NCBI GenBank assembly: GCA_964434345.1
Contig: CAYSUY010000001.1
Location: 8,681-72,680 of the forward strand
Direction: 5' to 3'
Source: an uncultured Acetobacteraceae bacterium
GTDB lineage: Bacteria > Pseudomonadota > Alphaproteobacteria > CACIAM-22H2
Length of the DNA stretch: 64,000 nucleotides
The position numbers and the translations under genes were made by a program. Positions 8,835 through 17,080 of this stretch are shown here, in pieces. The notes under the pieces are model-generated. The model ran no database searches. It was given only the letters and a program-made list of their open reading frames with translations, and was not told the DNA's origin. Each line of letters begins with the position of its first letter. Within the stretch, counting starts at the first letter, position 1.

Positions 8835-9974
8835 ATGACCGAGATCCTCACCACCCATGTCGGATCCCTCCCGCGCGGCGGGCAGGTCGCGGATCTGCTC
8901 TTCGGGCGCGAGAAGGGTCTGCCGTTCGACGCCGTCGCGTATGACGGCATCATGGTCGAGGCGACGCGCGAGATCCTGGCGCGGCAACGCGCCGCCGATG
9001 TCGACATCCCCTCCGATGGCGAGACGTCGAAGATCTCCTACGCGACCTACATCAAGGATCGGTTGACCGGCTTCGACGGCGATTCTCCCCGCCGGCCACC
9101 CCAGGACCTCGACGATTATCCGGTGTTCCGCGACCGTCTCGCGCGCGCCGGCGGCACGCCCAGCTATCGCCGGCCGCGCTGCGTCGGGCCGATCACGGTC
9201 AAGACGCTCGAACCGCTCGAGAAGGACATTGCGGCGATGAAGGCCGCGATGGCGGCGGCCGGCTACGAGACCGGCTTCATGAACGCGGCCAGCCCCGGCG
9301 TGATCGCGCTGTTCCAACCGTCGGACTACCACGCGAGTCTCGACGCCTATCTTGCCGACCTCGCCGCCGCGATGCGCCGGGAATACGAGGCGATCGTCGC
9401 CGCCGGCCTGATCTTGCAGATCGACGCCCCCGATCTCGGCCTCGGGCGCCACATGATGTATCGCGACCTCGACGAGGCGGCCTTCCTGCGCCGCGCCGCG
9501 CTGCATGTCGAGGCGATCAACGAGGCGCTGCGCAACGTGCCGCGCGACCGGGTGCGCATGCATGTCTGCTGGGGCAATTACGAAGGACCGCATACGCGGG
9601 ACATCGCCCTCAAGTCGCTGCTGCCGGTGATCCTGGCGGCGAAGCCCGGCGCGCTGCTGTTCGAAGGTGCCAATCCGCGCCATGCCCATGAATGGAGCGT
9701 CTGGCGGGAGGCGCGCATCCCGGATGATCTGGTCCTGATCCCCGGCTGCATCGACTCCACCACCAATTTCGTCGAGCATCCGGAACTCGTGGCGGAGCGG
9801 CTCGAACGCTATGCGCAGACGGTGGGCGCCGACCGGGTCGTCGCAGGAACGGATTGCGGATTTTCGACCTTCGCCGGTTACGGTGTCATCGATCCGGACA
9901 TCTGCTGGACCAAGCTCCGCAGCCTCAAGCAGGGTGCAGCGATCGCCTCCGCGCGTCTGAGATCGAGGCGCTAG
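8835..9974 (+). CDS. cobalamin-independent methionine synthase (MetE C-terminal domain)-like Zn enzyme
   Basis: 379 aa. N-terminal THVGSLPR. Zn-ligand-type motifs RMHVCWGN (H-x-C) and GTDCGF near the C-terminus. Starts 1 nt after the bicupin stop. Confidence 0.75.
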   Translation: MTEILTTHVGSLPRGGQVADLLFGREKGLPFDAVAYDGIMVEATREILARQRAADVDIPSDGETSKISYATYIKDRLTGFDGDSPRRPPQDLDDYPVFRDRLARAGGTPSYRRPRCVGPITVKTLEPLEKDIAAMKAAMAAAGYETGFMNAASPGVIALFQPSDYHASLDAYLADLAAAMRREYEAIVAAGLILQIDAPDLGLGRHMMYRDLDEAAFLRRAALHVEAINEALRNVPRDRVRMHVCWGNYEGPHTRDIALKSLLPVILAAKPGALLFEGANPRHAHEWSVWREARIPDDLVLIPGCIDSTTNFVEHPELVAERLERYAQTVGADRVVAGTDCGFSTFAGYGVIDPDICWTKLRSLKQGAAIASARLRSRR

Positions 9975-9978
9975 CCCA

Positions 9979-10000
9979 GGCGAGGTCCGGCGACCTCGCC
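9979..10000 (+). terminator. GC hairpin just after the metE-like stop (no U-tract)
   Basis: GGCGAGGTC-cggc-GACCTCGCC, a perfect 9-bp stem starting 5 nt after the stop at 9974. No T-run follows, so intrinsic-terminator status is uncertain. Confidence 0.3.
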
Positions 10001-10071
10001 GCGAGCGCCTGCATTGTCGACACAGGCATGTCCGCCGTAAACTCGCACCGGGGATCAGGACGAGGGCGGCC

Positions 10072-10776
10072 ATGATGGGCAGGCGGGTGTTACTTGGCGG
10101 AGCGGCTGCGAGCGTCGCTGCTGCGGCGGCGGCGCAGGAGGCATCCTTGCGTCCAGGCTTTGCGGACGCGCTGCTGGTCGTCGACGTGCAGAATTGCTTC
10201 ATGCCCGGCGGCAGCCTCGCGGTGCCGCGCGGCGACGAGGTCGTGCCGGTGATCAACGCGATCGCCGGCCGCTTCCGCATCGTCGTGCTGACGCAGGACT
10301 GGCATACGCCGGGCCATGCCTCCTTCGCATCCGCGCATCCCGGCAAGCAGCCCTTCGACGTCGTCCGGCTGTCCTACGGCAACCAGGTCCTGTGGCCGGA
10401 TCACTGCATCCAGGGCACGCCCGGTGCCGAGTTCCACAAGGATCTACACGTCCCGCAGGCGCAGCTTGTGTTGCGCAAGGGCTACAACGCGAAGATCGAC
10501 AGCTACTCCGCCTTCCTCGAGGCCGACCGGCGCACCAAGACGGGCCTCGAGGCCTGGCTGAAGGCCAAGGGCATCAAGCGGGTCTTCTGCTGCGGTCTCG
10601 CGACGGATTTCTGCGTCGCCTGGACCGCACTGGATGCGCGCCGACTCGGTTTCGAGGCCGTCGTCATCGAGGATGCCTGCCGCGCCATCGACCTCGATGG
10701 CTCGCTCGCCAAGGCCTGGGCGGCCATGGCGAAGGCCGGCGTGGAGCGCGCCCAGTCGGCGCTGCTCGGAACCTGA
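10072..10776 (+). CDS. pncA: nicotinamidase/pyrazinamidase (isochorismatase family)
   Basis: Motifs LLVVDVQNCF (Asp), KGYNAKIDSYSAF (Lys) and FCCGLATDFCV (Cys). The long-ORF N-terminus MMGRRVLLGGAAASVAAAAAAQEA looks like a signal peptide. An in-frame TTG at 10147 preceded by AGGAGG (10136-10141) is an alternative start. Confidence 0.85.
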   Translation: MMGRRVLLGGAAASVAAAAAAQEASLRPGFADALLVVDVQNCFMPGGSLAVPRGDEVVPVINAIAGRFRIVVLTQDWHTPGHASFASAHPGKQPFDVVRLSYGNQVLWPDHCIQGTPGAEFHKDLHVPQAQLVLRKGYNAKIDSYSAFLEADRRTKTGLEAWLKAKGIKRVFCCGLATDFCVAWTALDARRLGFEAVVIEDACRAIDLDGSLAKAWAAMAKAGVERAQSALLGT

Positions 10777-10798
10777 CACGAGATCCCTGGAGGCCCCG

Positions 10799-11578
10799 AT
10801 GCAAGATCCCTCGCGATTGCTGCGCCTGGACGGCGAGGTCGCCATCGTGACCGGTGGTGCCCGCGGCATCGGCGCCGCGGCCTCGGCTCTGCTGGCGGCG
10901 GCCGGCGCCACGGTCGTCGTCGCGGATCGCGACGAGCCGGCGGCGCGCGCCCATGCCGACGATCTGCGTGGTCAGGGCCTGGCCGCCCATGCCGCGGGCC
11001 TCGACGTCACCGACGAGGCGTCGGTTGCCGCCACCTTCGGCGCCGTGCGCGCCACCCATGGTCGCCTCGACATCCTGGTCAACAACGCGGGCATCGCGCT
11101 GCGCCGGCCCACGGTCGAACTTGCGCGCGCGGATTGGGACAAGGTGGTCGCAGTGAACCTGACGGGCGTGTTCCTCTGCGCCCAGGCGGCCGCGCGGATC
11201 ATGCTCGCCGATGCCGCCGCTGGCCGGATCGTGAACACCGCGTCGATCATGGGGCTGTCGGGAGGCGGGCTGTATCCCAACATCTCCTATCAGGCGACAA
11301 AGGGCGCGGTCGTCAACCTGACCCGCGCGCTTGCGGTGGAGTGGGCGGCGAACGGCATCCGCGTGAACGCGGTCGCGCCGACCTGGGTGAAAACGGAGCT
11401 TACCCGCCCCCTCTTCGAAAGCGCTGACCTGCGCGCACGCATGGAGGCGGTGACGCCGCTGGGCCGTTTCCCGGATCCCGAGGACGTCGCGGCATCGATC
11501 CTGTTCCTGGCGAGCCGCGCCTCTTCCCTCGTCACCGGACATGTGCTGGCGGTCGACGGGGGCTTCCTCGCGCAGTGA
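10799..11578 (+). CDS. short-chain dehydrogenase/reductase (SDR)
   Basis: Start at the ATG at 10799 (SD GGAGG upstream). Motifs TGGARGIG, NNAG and YQATKGA (YxxxK). Confidence 0.9.
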   Translation: MQDPSRLLRLDGEVAIVTGGARGIGAAASALLAAAGATVVVADRDEPAARAHADDLRGQGLAAHAAGLDVTDEASVAATFGAVRATHGRLDILVNNAGIALRRPTVELARADWDKVVAVNLTGVFLCAQAAARIMLADAAAGRIVNTASIMGLSGGGLYPNISYQATKGAVVNLTRALAVEWAANGIRVNAVAPTWVKTELTRPLFESADLRARMEAVTPLGRFPDPEDVAASILFLASRASSLVTGHVLAVDGGFLAQ

Positions 11579-11594
11579 CCGGCCTGGTCCCGGC

Positions 11595-12140
11595 TTACGC
11601 CGGCAGCGGCAGAAGATAATCGGCTTCGGGCGAGTAGATCGCACCGTCCGTGCGCCTGTGGCTCGAGAACAGGGTGAAGCGGTCGACGTCGAACGGACCC
11701 GCGCGGAAGAGTGCGTGATGGGCGAAATAGCCCTGGGCGCGCAGGACGGATACGCCGGCGCAGCGGGCAAGCGTCACATGCGGGCGGAAGCGGCGCCCCT
11801 CGGGCGGCGACCCGGCGCGGACGAGCGCCGATTCGATGTTGCGTTGGAGGTGCATCAGCGGATCGCTCTTTTCGACGCCGGCCCAGAGCACGCGCAGTTC
11901 GTCGCCCGTCGAGAAATGACCGACGCCCGACAGGGTCAGCGCGAAGCCGGGCGCACGAACGCGCATGAGCGCCTCGTGCATGTCTTCCGCGTCGCCCTCG
12001 CTGACCTCGCCGATGAAGCGCAGCGTCAGGTGGAGGTTGTCCGGTGGCTCCCAATCCGCTCCCGGAACGCCTCCGAAGATCCCGGTCAGCGCAAGGCGGA
12101 TATCCTCTGGCAGTTCGAGGCCGACGAACAGGCGGATCAT
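11595..12140 (-). CDS. thpR: RNA 2',3'-cyclic phosphodiesterase (2H phosphoesterase, LigT/ThpR)
   Basis: 181 aa. Two H-x-T-L motifs (HLTLRF and HVTLAR) at the expected spacing. Confidence 0.85.
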   Translation of the reverse strand: MIRLFVGLELPEDIRLALTGIFGGVPGADWEPPDNLHLTLRFIGEVSEGDAEDMHEALMRVRAPGFALTLSGVGHFSTGDELRVLWAGVEKSDPLMHLQRNIESALVRAGSPPEGRRFRPHVTLARCAGVSVLRAQGYFAHHALFRAGPFDVDRFTLFSSHRRTDGAIYSPEADYLLPLPA

Positions 12141-12241
12141 GGCGCACGGAACCTTCGATCTGAGGCGTCGAGGGTCCGGCGATTCGCGATCCGCGGCAAG
12201 CCTTGCGCGGCGCGCGGCCGTGGGAGGAACATGCGCAGGTC

Positions 12242-13450
12242 ATGACCGTCCCCGATTTCCGTTCCCCGGCATTCCTGCGCGATCACATCGCGTGGATGAT
12301 TGGCTTCCTCCATCCGCGTTGCATCGACCCGCGCGGCGGCTTTTTCCACTATTACGCGCTCGATGGCGGGCTGCGCGACCCGGACAAGCGCGCGTTGGTG
12401 AGTTCGGCGCGCATGGTGGTCTCCTTCGCGATGGCGGCGCGCGTGCTGGAAACCGATCGTTTCGACGGTGCCATCCGGCATGGCCTGCGATTCCTGCGCG
12501 ACGTACATCGCGATCCGCGAACCGGCGGATATGCCTGGATGGTCGCCTTCCGCGACGGCGCCTGGCGCGCGAGCGAACCGGAGAACCAATGCTACGGCCT
12601 CGTCCACGTGATGCTCGCCTACGCGCATGCCGCGATGGCCGGGGTCGCCGAGGCGCGCGGCTGGCTCGAGGAACTCGACGCCACGTTGGACGCGCGTCTC
12701 TGGGAAGAGGCGCATGGACTTTACGCAGATGTCGCAAGCGCTGATTGGTCGGTCACCGATCCCTATCGCGGCCAGAACGCGAACATGCATGGCTGCGAGG
12801 CGCTGCTCGCCGCGCATGCCGCCACCGGCGCGGCCCGCTATCTCGACCGCGCGGCGCGGATCGCCGGATCCCTGTGCCTCAGCCTCGCAGATCAGACCGG
12901 TGGGCTGGTCTGGGAGCATTACCACCCTGGCTGGATCCCGGACTGGAGCTACGCCAAGGGCGATTTCAGCAACGGATACCGGCCCTGGGGTTTCCAGCCC
13001 GGACATCAGACCGAATGGACCAAACTGCTCCTGCAGCTCCATGCCCGGCGTCCAGAGGGCTGGATGCTCGCGCGTGCCCGCGACCTGTTCGACACGGCCA
13101 TCGCGCGGGCCTGGGACCCCGTCCATGGCGGTCTCGTCTACAGTCTCGAGCCGGATCTCTCGGTCGCCAACGCGGACAAGTATTTCTGGGTCCAGATCGA
13201 GTCCGCGGCGGCGGCGGGATTGCTGGCGCGGGCGACCGGCGAGGGCGCCTATTGGGAGCGCCATGACATGCTCTGGCGCTATTGCTGGACCCATCTGGTC
13301 GACCACGCGCAGGGCTCGTGGCACAAGCTGCTCGGGCCGGACAACGCTCGCATCGCCACCGACAAGGGCAGCGGCGGCAAGGATTATCACGTCATCGGGG
13401 CGTGCTTCGATCTGCTCTCGCCCTGCCCGCCGCAGCGACCGCCGGCCTGA
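12242..13450 (+). CDS. N-acylglucosamine 2-epimerase (AGE) superfamily sugar epimerase/isomerase
   Basis: Start at the ATG at 12242 (alternative 12203). Alpha/alpha-barrel repeat strings: NANMHGCEALLAAH, GGLVWEHY, GHQTEWTKLLLQL, KYFWVQIESAAAAGLL. Confidence 0.75.
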   Translation: MTVPDFRSPAFLRDHIAWMIGFLHPRCIDPRGGFFHYYALDGGLRDPDKRALVSSARMVVSFAMAARVLETDRFDGAIRHGLRFLRDVHRDPRTGGYAWMVAFRDGAWRASEPENQCYGLVHVMLAYAHAAMAGVAEARGWLEELDATLDARLWEEAHGLYADVASADWSVTDPYRGQNANMHGCEALLAAHAATGAARYLDRAARIAGSLCLSLADQTGGLVWEHYHPGWIPDWSYAKGDFSNGYRPWGFQPGHQTEWTKLLLQLHARRPEGWMLARARDLFDTAIARAWDPVHGGLVYSLEPDLSVANADKYFWVQIESAAAAGLLARATGEGAYWERHDMLWRYCWTHLVDHAQGSWHKLLGPDNARIATDKGSGGKDYHVIGACFDLLSPCPPQRPPA

Positions 13451-13459
13451 GTTACGGGT

Positions 13460-14506
13460 TCAGGGGCACGGGTTTGGATTGCCCGCGTGGATCGCCTCGA
13501 TCCGCGCCAGCACGTCGCTGGAGAGGTCGAGATCGATCGAACGGGCGTTCGTGTCCAGCTGGTCCAGCGTCGTGGCGCCGATGATGGTGGCGGTGACGAA
13601 GGCGCGCGAATTGACGAAGGCGAGGGCCATCTGGGCCGGATCGAGACCGGCTTCGCGGGCCAGTGCCACATAGGCCGTGGTCGCCGCCTCCTGGCGCGGC
13701 TTGTCGTAGCGTTTGAAGCGCTGGAACAGGGTCAGCCGTGCGCCGGCCGGCCGCGCGCCACCGAGATATTTGCCGGCGAGCAGTCCCATCGCCAGGGGCG
13801 AGTAGGCGAGCAGGCCGCAGCGCGCGCGAATGGCCATCTCGGCGAGGCCGATCTCGAAGACGCGGTTGAGAAGGCTGTAGGGGTTCTGGATTGCCTGCAC
13901 GCGCGGCACACCGGATTGCGCGGCGCAGTTGAGATGCTCGGCGAGGCCCCACGGGGTTTCGTTGGACACGCCCACATGCCGGACCTTGCCGGCGGTCACG
14001 AGGTCGGCGAGGACACCGAGTGTCTCCTCGATCGGCACGCCGTCGCGTGCGGGCTCGTGGACGTAGTCCTGACGTCCGAAGACGTTCGTGCCGCGATCCG
14101 GAGAATGGGTCTGGTAGAGGTCGATGTAGTCGGTGCGCAGGCGACGCAGCGAGCCGTCGACCGCGGCCATGATCGCGGCGCGGTCGAGCCTGCCTTTGCC
14201 GTCGCGCATGTGCGGTGAACTGTTGTTCGCACCGACCACCTTGCTGCCGATGATCACCCGCGCGCGCATGCCCGGACGCTGCGCCAGCCAGGATCCGATA
14301 TGCCGTTCGGTGTCGCCCTGCGTCTCCGCGGTCGGCGGCACGGGGTACATCTCGGCGGTGTCGATGAAGTTGACGCCGTGCGTCTCGACCGCGCGGTCGA
14401 GCTGGGCATGGGCGTCGGCTTCGGAATTCTGCACGCCCCAGGTCATCGTGCCGAGGCAGATGACGGAAACGTCGAGATCGGTCGTGCCGAGGCGGCGGTA
14501 CTTCAT
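13460..14506 (-). CDS. aldo/keto reductase (Tas-like NADP-dependent oxidoreductase)
   Basis: 348 aa. N-terminus MKYRRLGTTDLDVSVICLGTMTWG..NFIDTAEMYPVPP. SD GAAGGA upstream. Confidence 0.9.
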   Translation of the reverse strand: MKYRRLGTTDLDVSVICLGTMTWGVQNSEADAHAQLDRAVETHGVNFIDTAEMYPVPPTAETQGDTERHIGSWLAQRPGMRARVIIGSKVVGANNSSPHMRDGKGRLDRAAIMAAVDGSLRRLRTDYIDLYQTHSPDRGTNVFGRQDYVHEPARDGVPIEETLGVLADLVTAGKVRHVGVSNETPWGLAEHLNCAAQSGVPRVQAIQNPYSLLNRVFEIGLAEMAIRARCGLLAYSPLAMGLLAGKYLGGARPAGARLTLFQRFKRYDKPRQEAATTAYVALAREAGLDPAQMALAFVNSRAFVTATIIGATTLDQLDTNARSIDLDLSSDVLARIEAIHAGNPNPCP

Positions 14507-14536
14507 CGGAGGCGTCCTTCGCGGGCGGAGCGTTGC

Positions 14537-15655
14537 TCAGGCGAGCAACGCGAGGACGCCGGTATAGCCGTAGAGGCGCGCGCCGAAAATCTCTCCGTCG
14601 CAGAACAGACCGGCCAGCGGCATGTCGCCGATCCCTGCGCGCAGGATGTCGAGTTCGCCGGCCGGATCGGCAAACAGGTTCGGCCCGCGCGCGATGCAGC
14701 TGTAATAGAGCGCGGCGCGCGCAGCGGGTGCCTTGCGCCGCGCGCGCGCCGCCATGGCGCGCAGATCCTGCGCCGCGCCGGCCCGGTCGCGGCGGACGAA
14801 GATCAGTTCCCGGCCCGGCTCCGCGGCGTCGCCGATCGCGACGGTGCCGTTCGACGGGTCGATGCCCACGATGTTGCGCACGAGATAGTCTCCGTCGCCG
14901 CCACCGGCGATCGGCAGGGCGACATGCAGACGCCGCGCGGCGGCGTCGCGCTCCTCCGCCGGCAGGCGAAGCAGGTCGTCGTGCAACGCCTCGAGGGCGG
15001 GCCGATCGTCGAGCGTCTCGATCAGGCCGCCCTCTGCCCGCGTGATGCGATGCCGGCCCGGGCCCAGCGGCGCGCAGCCCTGCGTCACGTCGACAGCGGC
15101 GACGATCCCGGGGGCGAACACCGCGCCGGATACCGGCCCCATCCCCGCGGCACCCGCAACCTGGGGCAGAGGGACGCGCGACGATCCCAGGCCACCGATC
15201 GTGTTGCATCGGGCGAGGTCGGCGAGATCGTCGAGACGATCGGAGAGGCCGGCGTCCCGCCCGTCCCCATGGACGATGGCGGTGCAGCCGGGGCGCGCGG
15301 TGACCCAGGCGGCGAGGCCCGGCTCGAGTCCGCCCCGCGACGTGGGATCGATCAGGCGCACGGAGCCCGCGGGGATCGCCGCGGTCATGACCGAAAGCGC
15401 GGGCTCGTCGAAATGGATCTGCCCGTCGCCCATGATCCCGAGGCCGGCCGTGCCGACCCAGGCGGCGATGCCGGTCACGCCGCGCAGATGGGCCACGATC
15501 GCGTCGAATTCCCCGGCGAGATGGTCGCTTGCATAGACGAAGCCGAGCGTGGCACCCGCGCGCGGATCGAGCCGCGCGAGGCAGGCATCGGCGAGCTGGT
15601 TCCAGTCTTCGGATCCGGATGCGTTGGCGGTCTGGAACATGGGCGCCCCGGTCAT
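14537..15655 (-). CDS. FIST (N+C) domain putative sensory protein
   Basis: 372 aa with FIST-like strings (GFVYASDHL..GIAAWVGTAGLGIMG; C-terminal LAGLFCDGEI). The start overlaps the tesA stop (ATGA). Confidence 0.7.
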   Translation of the reverse strand: MTGAPMFQTANASGSEDWNQLADACLARLDPRAGATLGFVYASDHLAGEFDAIVAHLRGVTGIAAWVGTAGLGIMGDGQIHFDEPALSVMTAAIPAGSVRLIDPTSRGGLEPGLAAWVTARPGCTAIVHGDGRDAGLSDRLDDLADLARCNTIGGLGSSRVPLPQVAGAAGMGPVSGAVFAPGIVAAVDVTQGCAPLGPGRHRITRAEGGLIETLDDRPALEALHDDLLRLPAEERDAAARRLHVALPIAGGGDGDYLVRNIVGIDPSNGTVAIGDAAEPGRELIFVRRDRAGAAQDLRAMAARARRKAPAARAALYYSCIARGPNLFADPAGELDILRAGIGDMPLAGLFCDGEIFGARLYGYTGVLALLA

Positions 15656-16371
15656 GCGCCGAGCAGACGACGTATCGCGGGCAGGATGCGGTCGACCAGG
15701 ACCGCGACCCCCGCAGGATTGGGGTGTATCCCGTCCTGCTGGTTCAACTCGGGGCGCGCAGCGACGCCGTCGAGGAAGAAGGGATAGAGCGCGACCGCAT
15801 GCCGGGCGGCGAGGGCCGGGAACACCGCGGCGAAACGCTCCGCGTAGTCGCGGCCGAGATTGGGAGGTGCGGCCATGCCGGCGAGCAGGACCTGCACGTC
15901 GCGGGCGCGCAGGCGCGCGACGATCCGATCGAGATTGGCTTCCATGCGCTCGGGCGGCAGGCCGCGCAGCCCGTCATTCGCGCCGAGCGCGACGACGGCG
16001 TGGCTGGGGGGCGTGTCGCCGATCATCCAGTCGAGCCGCGCGAGACCGCCGGCGCTGGTGTCGCCCGAGACGCCGCCATTGATCACCTCGACGGCGATCC
16101 CGGCCGCGGACAGCGCCTGCTGCAGCCGGGCGGGAAAGGCCTCCGCCTGCGGCAGGCCATAGCCGGCAGTCAGGCTGTCACCGAGCAGGAGCAGGCGCGC
16201 CGCGGCGGTGCGTGGCTGCGCCGCGGCGCGCCAACCGGTCGCCAGCGCCGCCGCTGCCAGGACGGCGCGACGCGCATTGACAAGCGCGGCGCGGCGGCCA
16301 TATCGGGGCGCGGCGTCGCGCCGGTCGGGCGATCCGGGTTGTCTCCAGCGGGCGGTGCGTTCCATGTCCAT
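15652..16371 (-). CDS. tesA: SGNH/GDSL arylesterase-thioesterase-lysophospholipase (TesA-like), exported
   Basis: Block I is LLLLGDSLTAGYGL; blocks GANDG and DGIHPN are also present. Start at Met at 16371 (alternative 16365) inside track ORF 15652..16599. Divergent from ybbA-ybbP as in E. coli. Confidence 0.8.
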   Translation of the reverse strand: MDMERTARWRQPGSPDRRDAAPRYGRRAALVNARRAVLAAAALATGWRAAAQPRTAAARLLLLGDSLTAGYGLPQAEAFPARLQQALSAAGIAVEVINGGVSGDTSAGGLARLDWMIGDTPPSHAVVALGANDGLRGLPPERMEANLDRIVARLRARDVQVLLAGMAAPPNLGRDYAERFAAVFPALAARHAVALYPFFLDGVAARPELNQQDGIHPNPAGVAVLVDRILPAIRRLLGA

Positions 16372-17080
16372 CCAGCAGCGCGATCCGATCGTCGAACTCG
16401 ACGGGGTGCGTCTCACACTTGCGTCGCTCGCGGGCGAGGTCAATATCCTGCGCGGCATAGATCTTCGGGTCCTGCGTGGCGAGACGCTGGCCGTCGTCGG
16501 TCCATCGGGCTCGGGCAAGTCGACCATGATGATGGTGATGGCGGGCCTGGAGCGCGCATCGTCCGGCAGCGTGCGCATCGCCGGACAGGATCTCGACACG
16601 CTCGACGAGGACGGGCTGGCACTGTTCCGCCGCCGGCACGTCGGGATCGTCTTCCAGGGATTTCATCTGATCCCCACCATGACGGCGCGCGAGAACGTCG
16701 CGGTGCCGCTCGAATTCGCCGGGCTGCCCGATGCATTCGCCCGCGCCCAGTCCGCGCTGGCGGCGGTCGGCCTCGCGCATCGTCTGGACCATTACCCTGG
16801 CCAGCTGTCCGGCGGCGAGCAGCAGCGCGTCGCCCTGGCCCGCGCGCTCGTCGTCGAGCCCGATCTGCTGCTCGCCGACGAACCGACCGGCAATCTCGAT
16901 CAGGCCACCGGCCAGCAGATCGTCGCGCTGCTCTTCGACCTGGCGCGGGAACGTGGCGCGACGCTGGTCCTGATCACGCACGACGCAGAGCTGGCGCGGC
17001 GCTGCGGACGGATGGTCCGCCTGCAGGATGGCCGGGTCCTGGAGGACGCGCGCGCCGACGCCACGCGGGCCGGGTCATGA
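16364..17080 (+). CDS. ybbA: ABC transporter ATP-binding protein (YbbA/LolD-like)
   Basis: Start at MSIQQ (16364). Walker [10 protein letters not shown], signature LSGGEQQR, Walker B LLLADEPT. Confidence 0.9.
   Translation: MSIQQRDPIVELDGVRLTLASLAGEVNILRGIDLRVLRGETLAVVGPSGSGKSTMMMVMAGLERASSGSVRIAGQDLDTLDEDGLALFRRRHVGIVFQGFHLIPTMTARENVAVPLEFAGLPDAFARAQSALAAVGLAHRLDHYPGQLSGGEQQRVALARALVVEPDLLLADEPTGNLDQATGQQIVALLFDLARERGATLVLITHDAELARRCGRMVRLQDGRVLEDARADATRAGS

Noticed and set aside
15529-17076. First 516 codons of the 1357-aa track ORF 15529..19602
   Set aside because: This part is antisense to tesA and out of frame over ybbA. It is Arg/Gly/Pro/Asp-rich with no motif. The recognisable FtsX-type permease begins at the ATG at 17077, which overlaps the ybbA stop.
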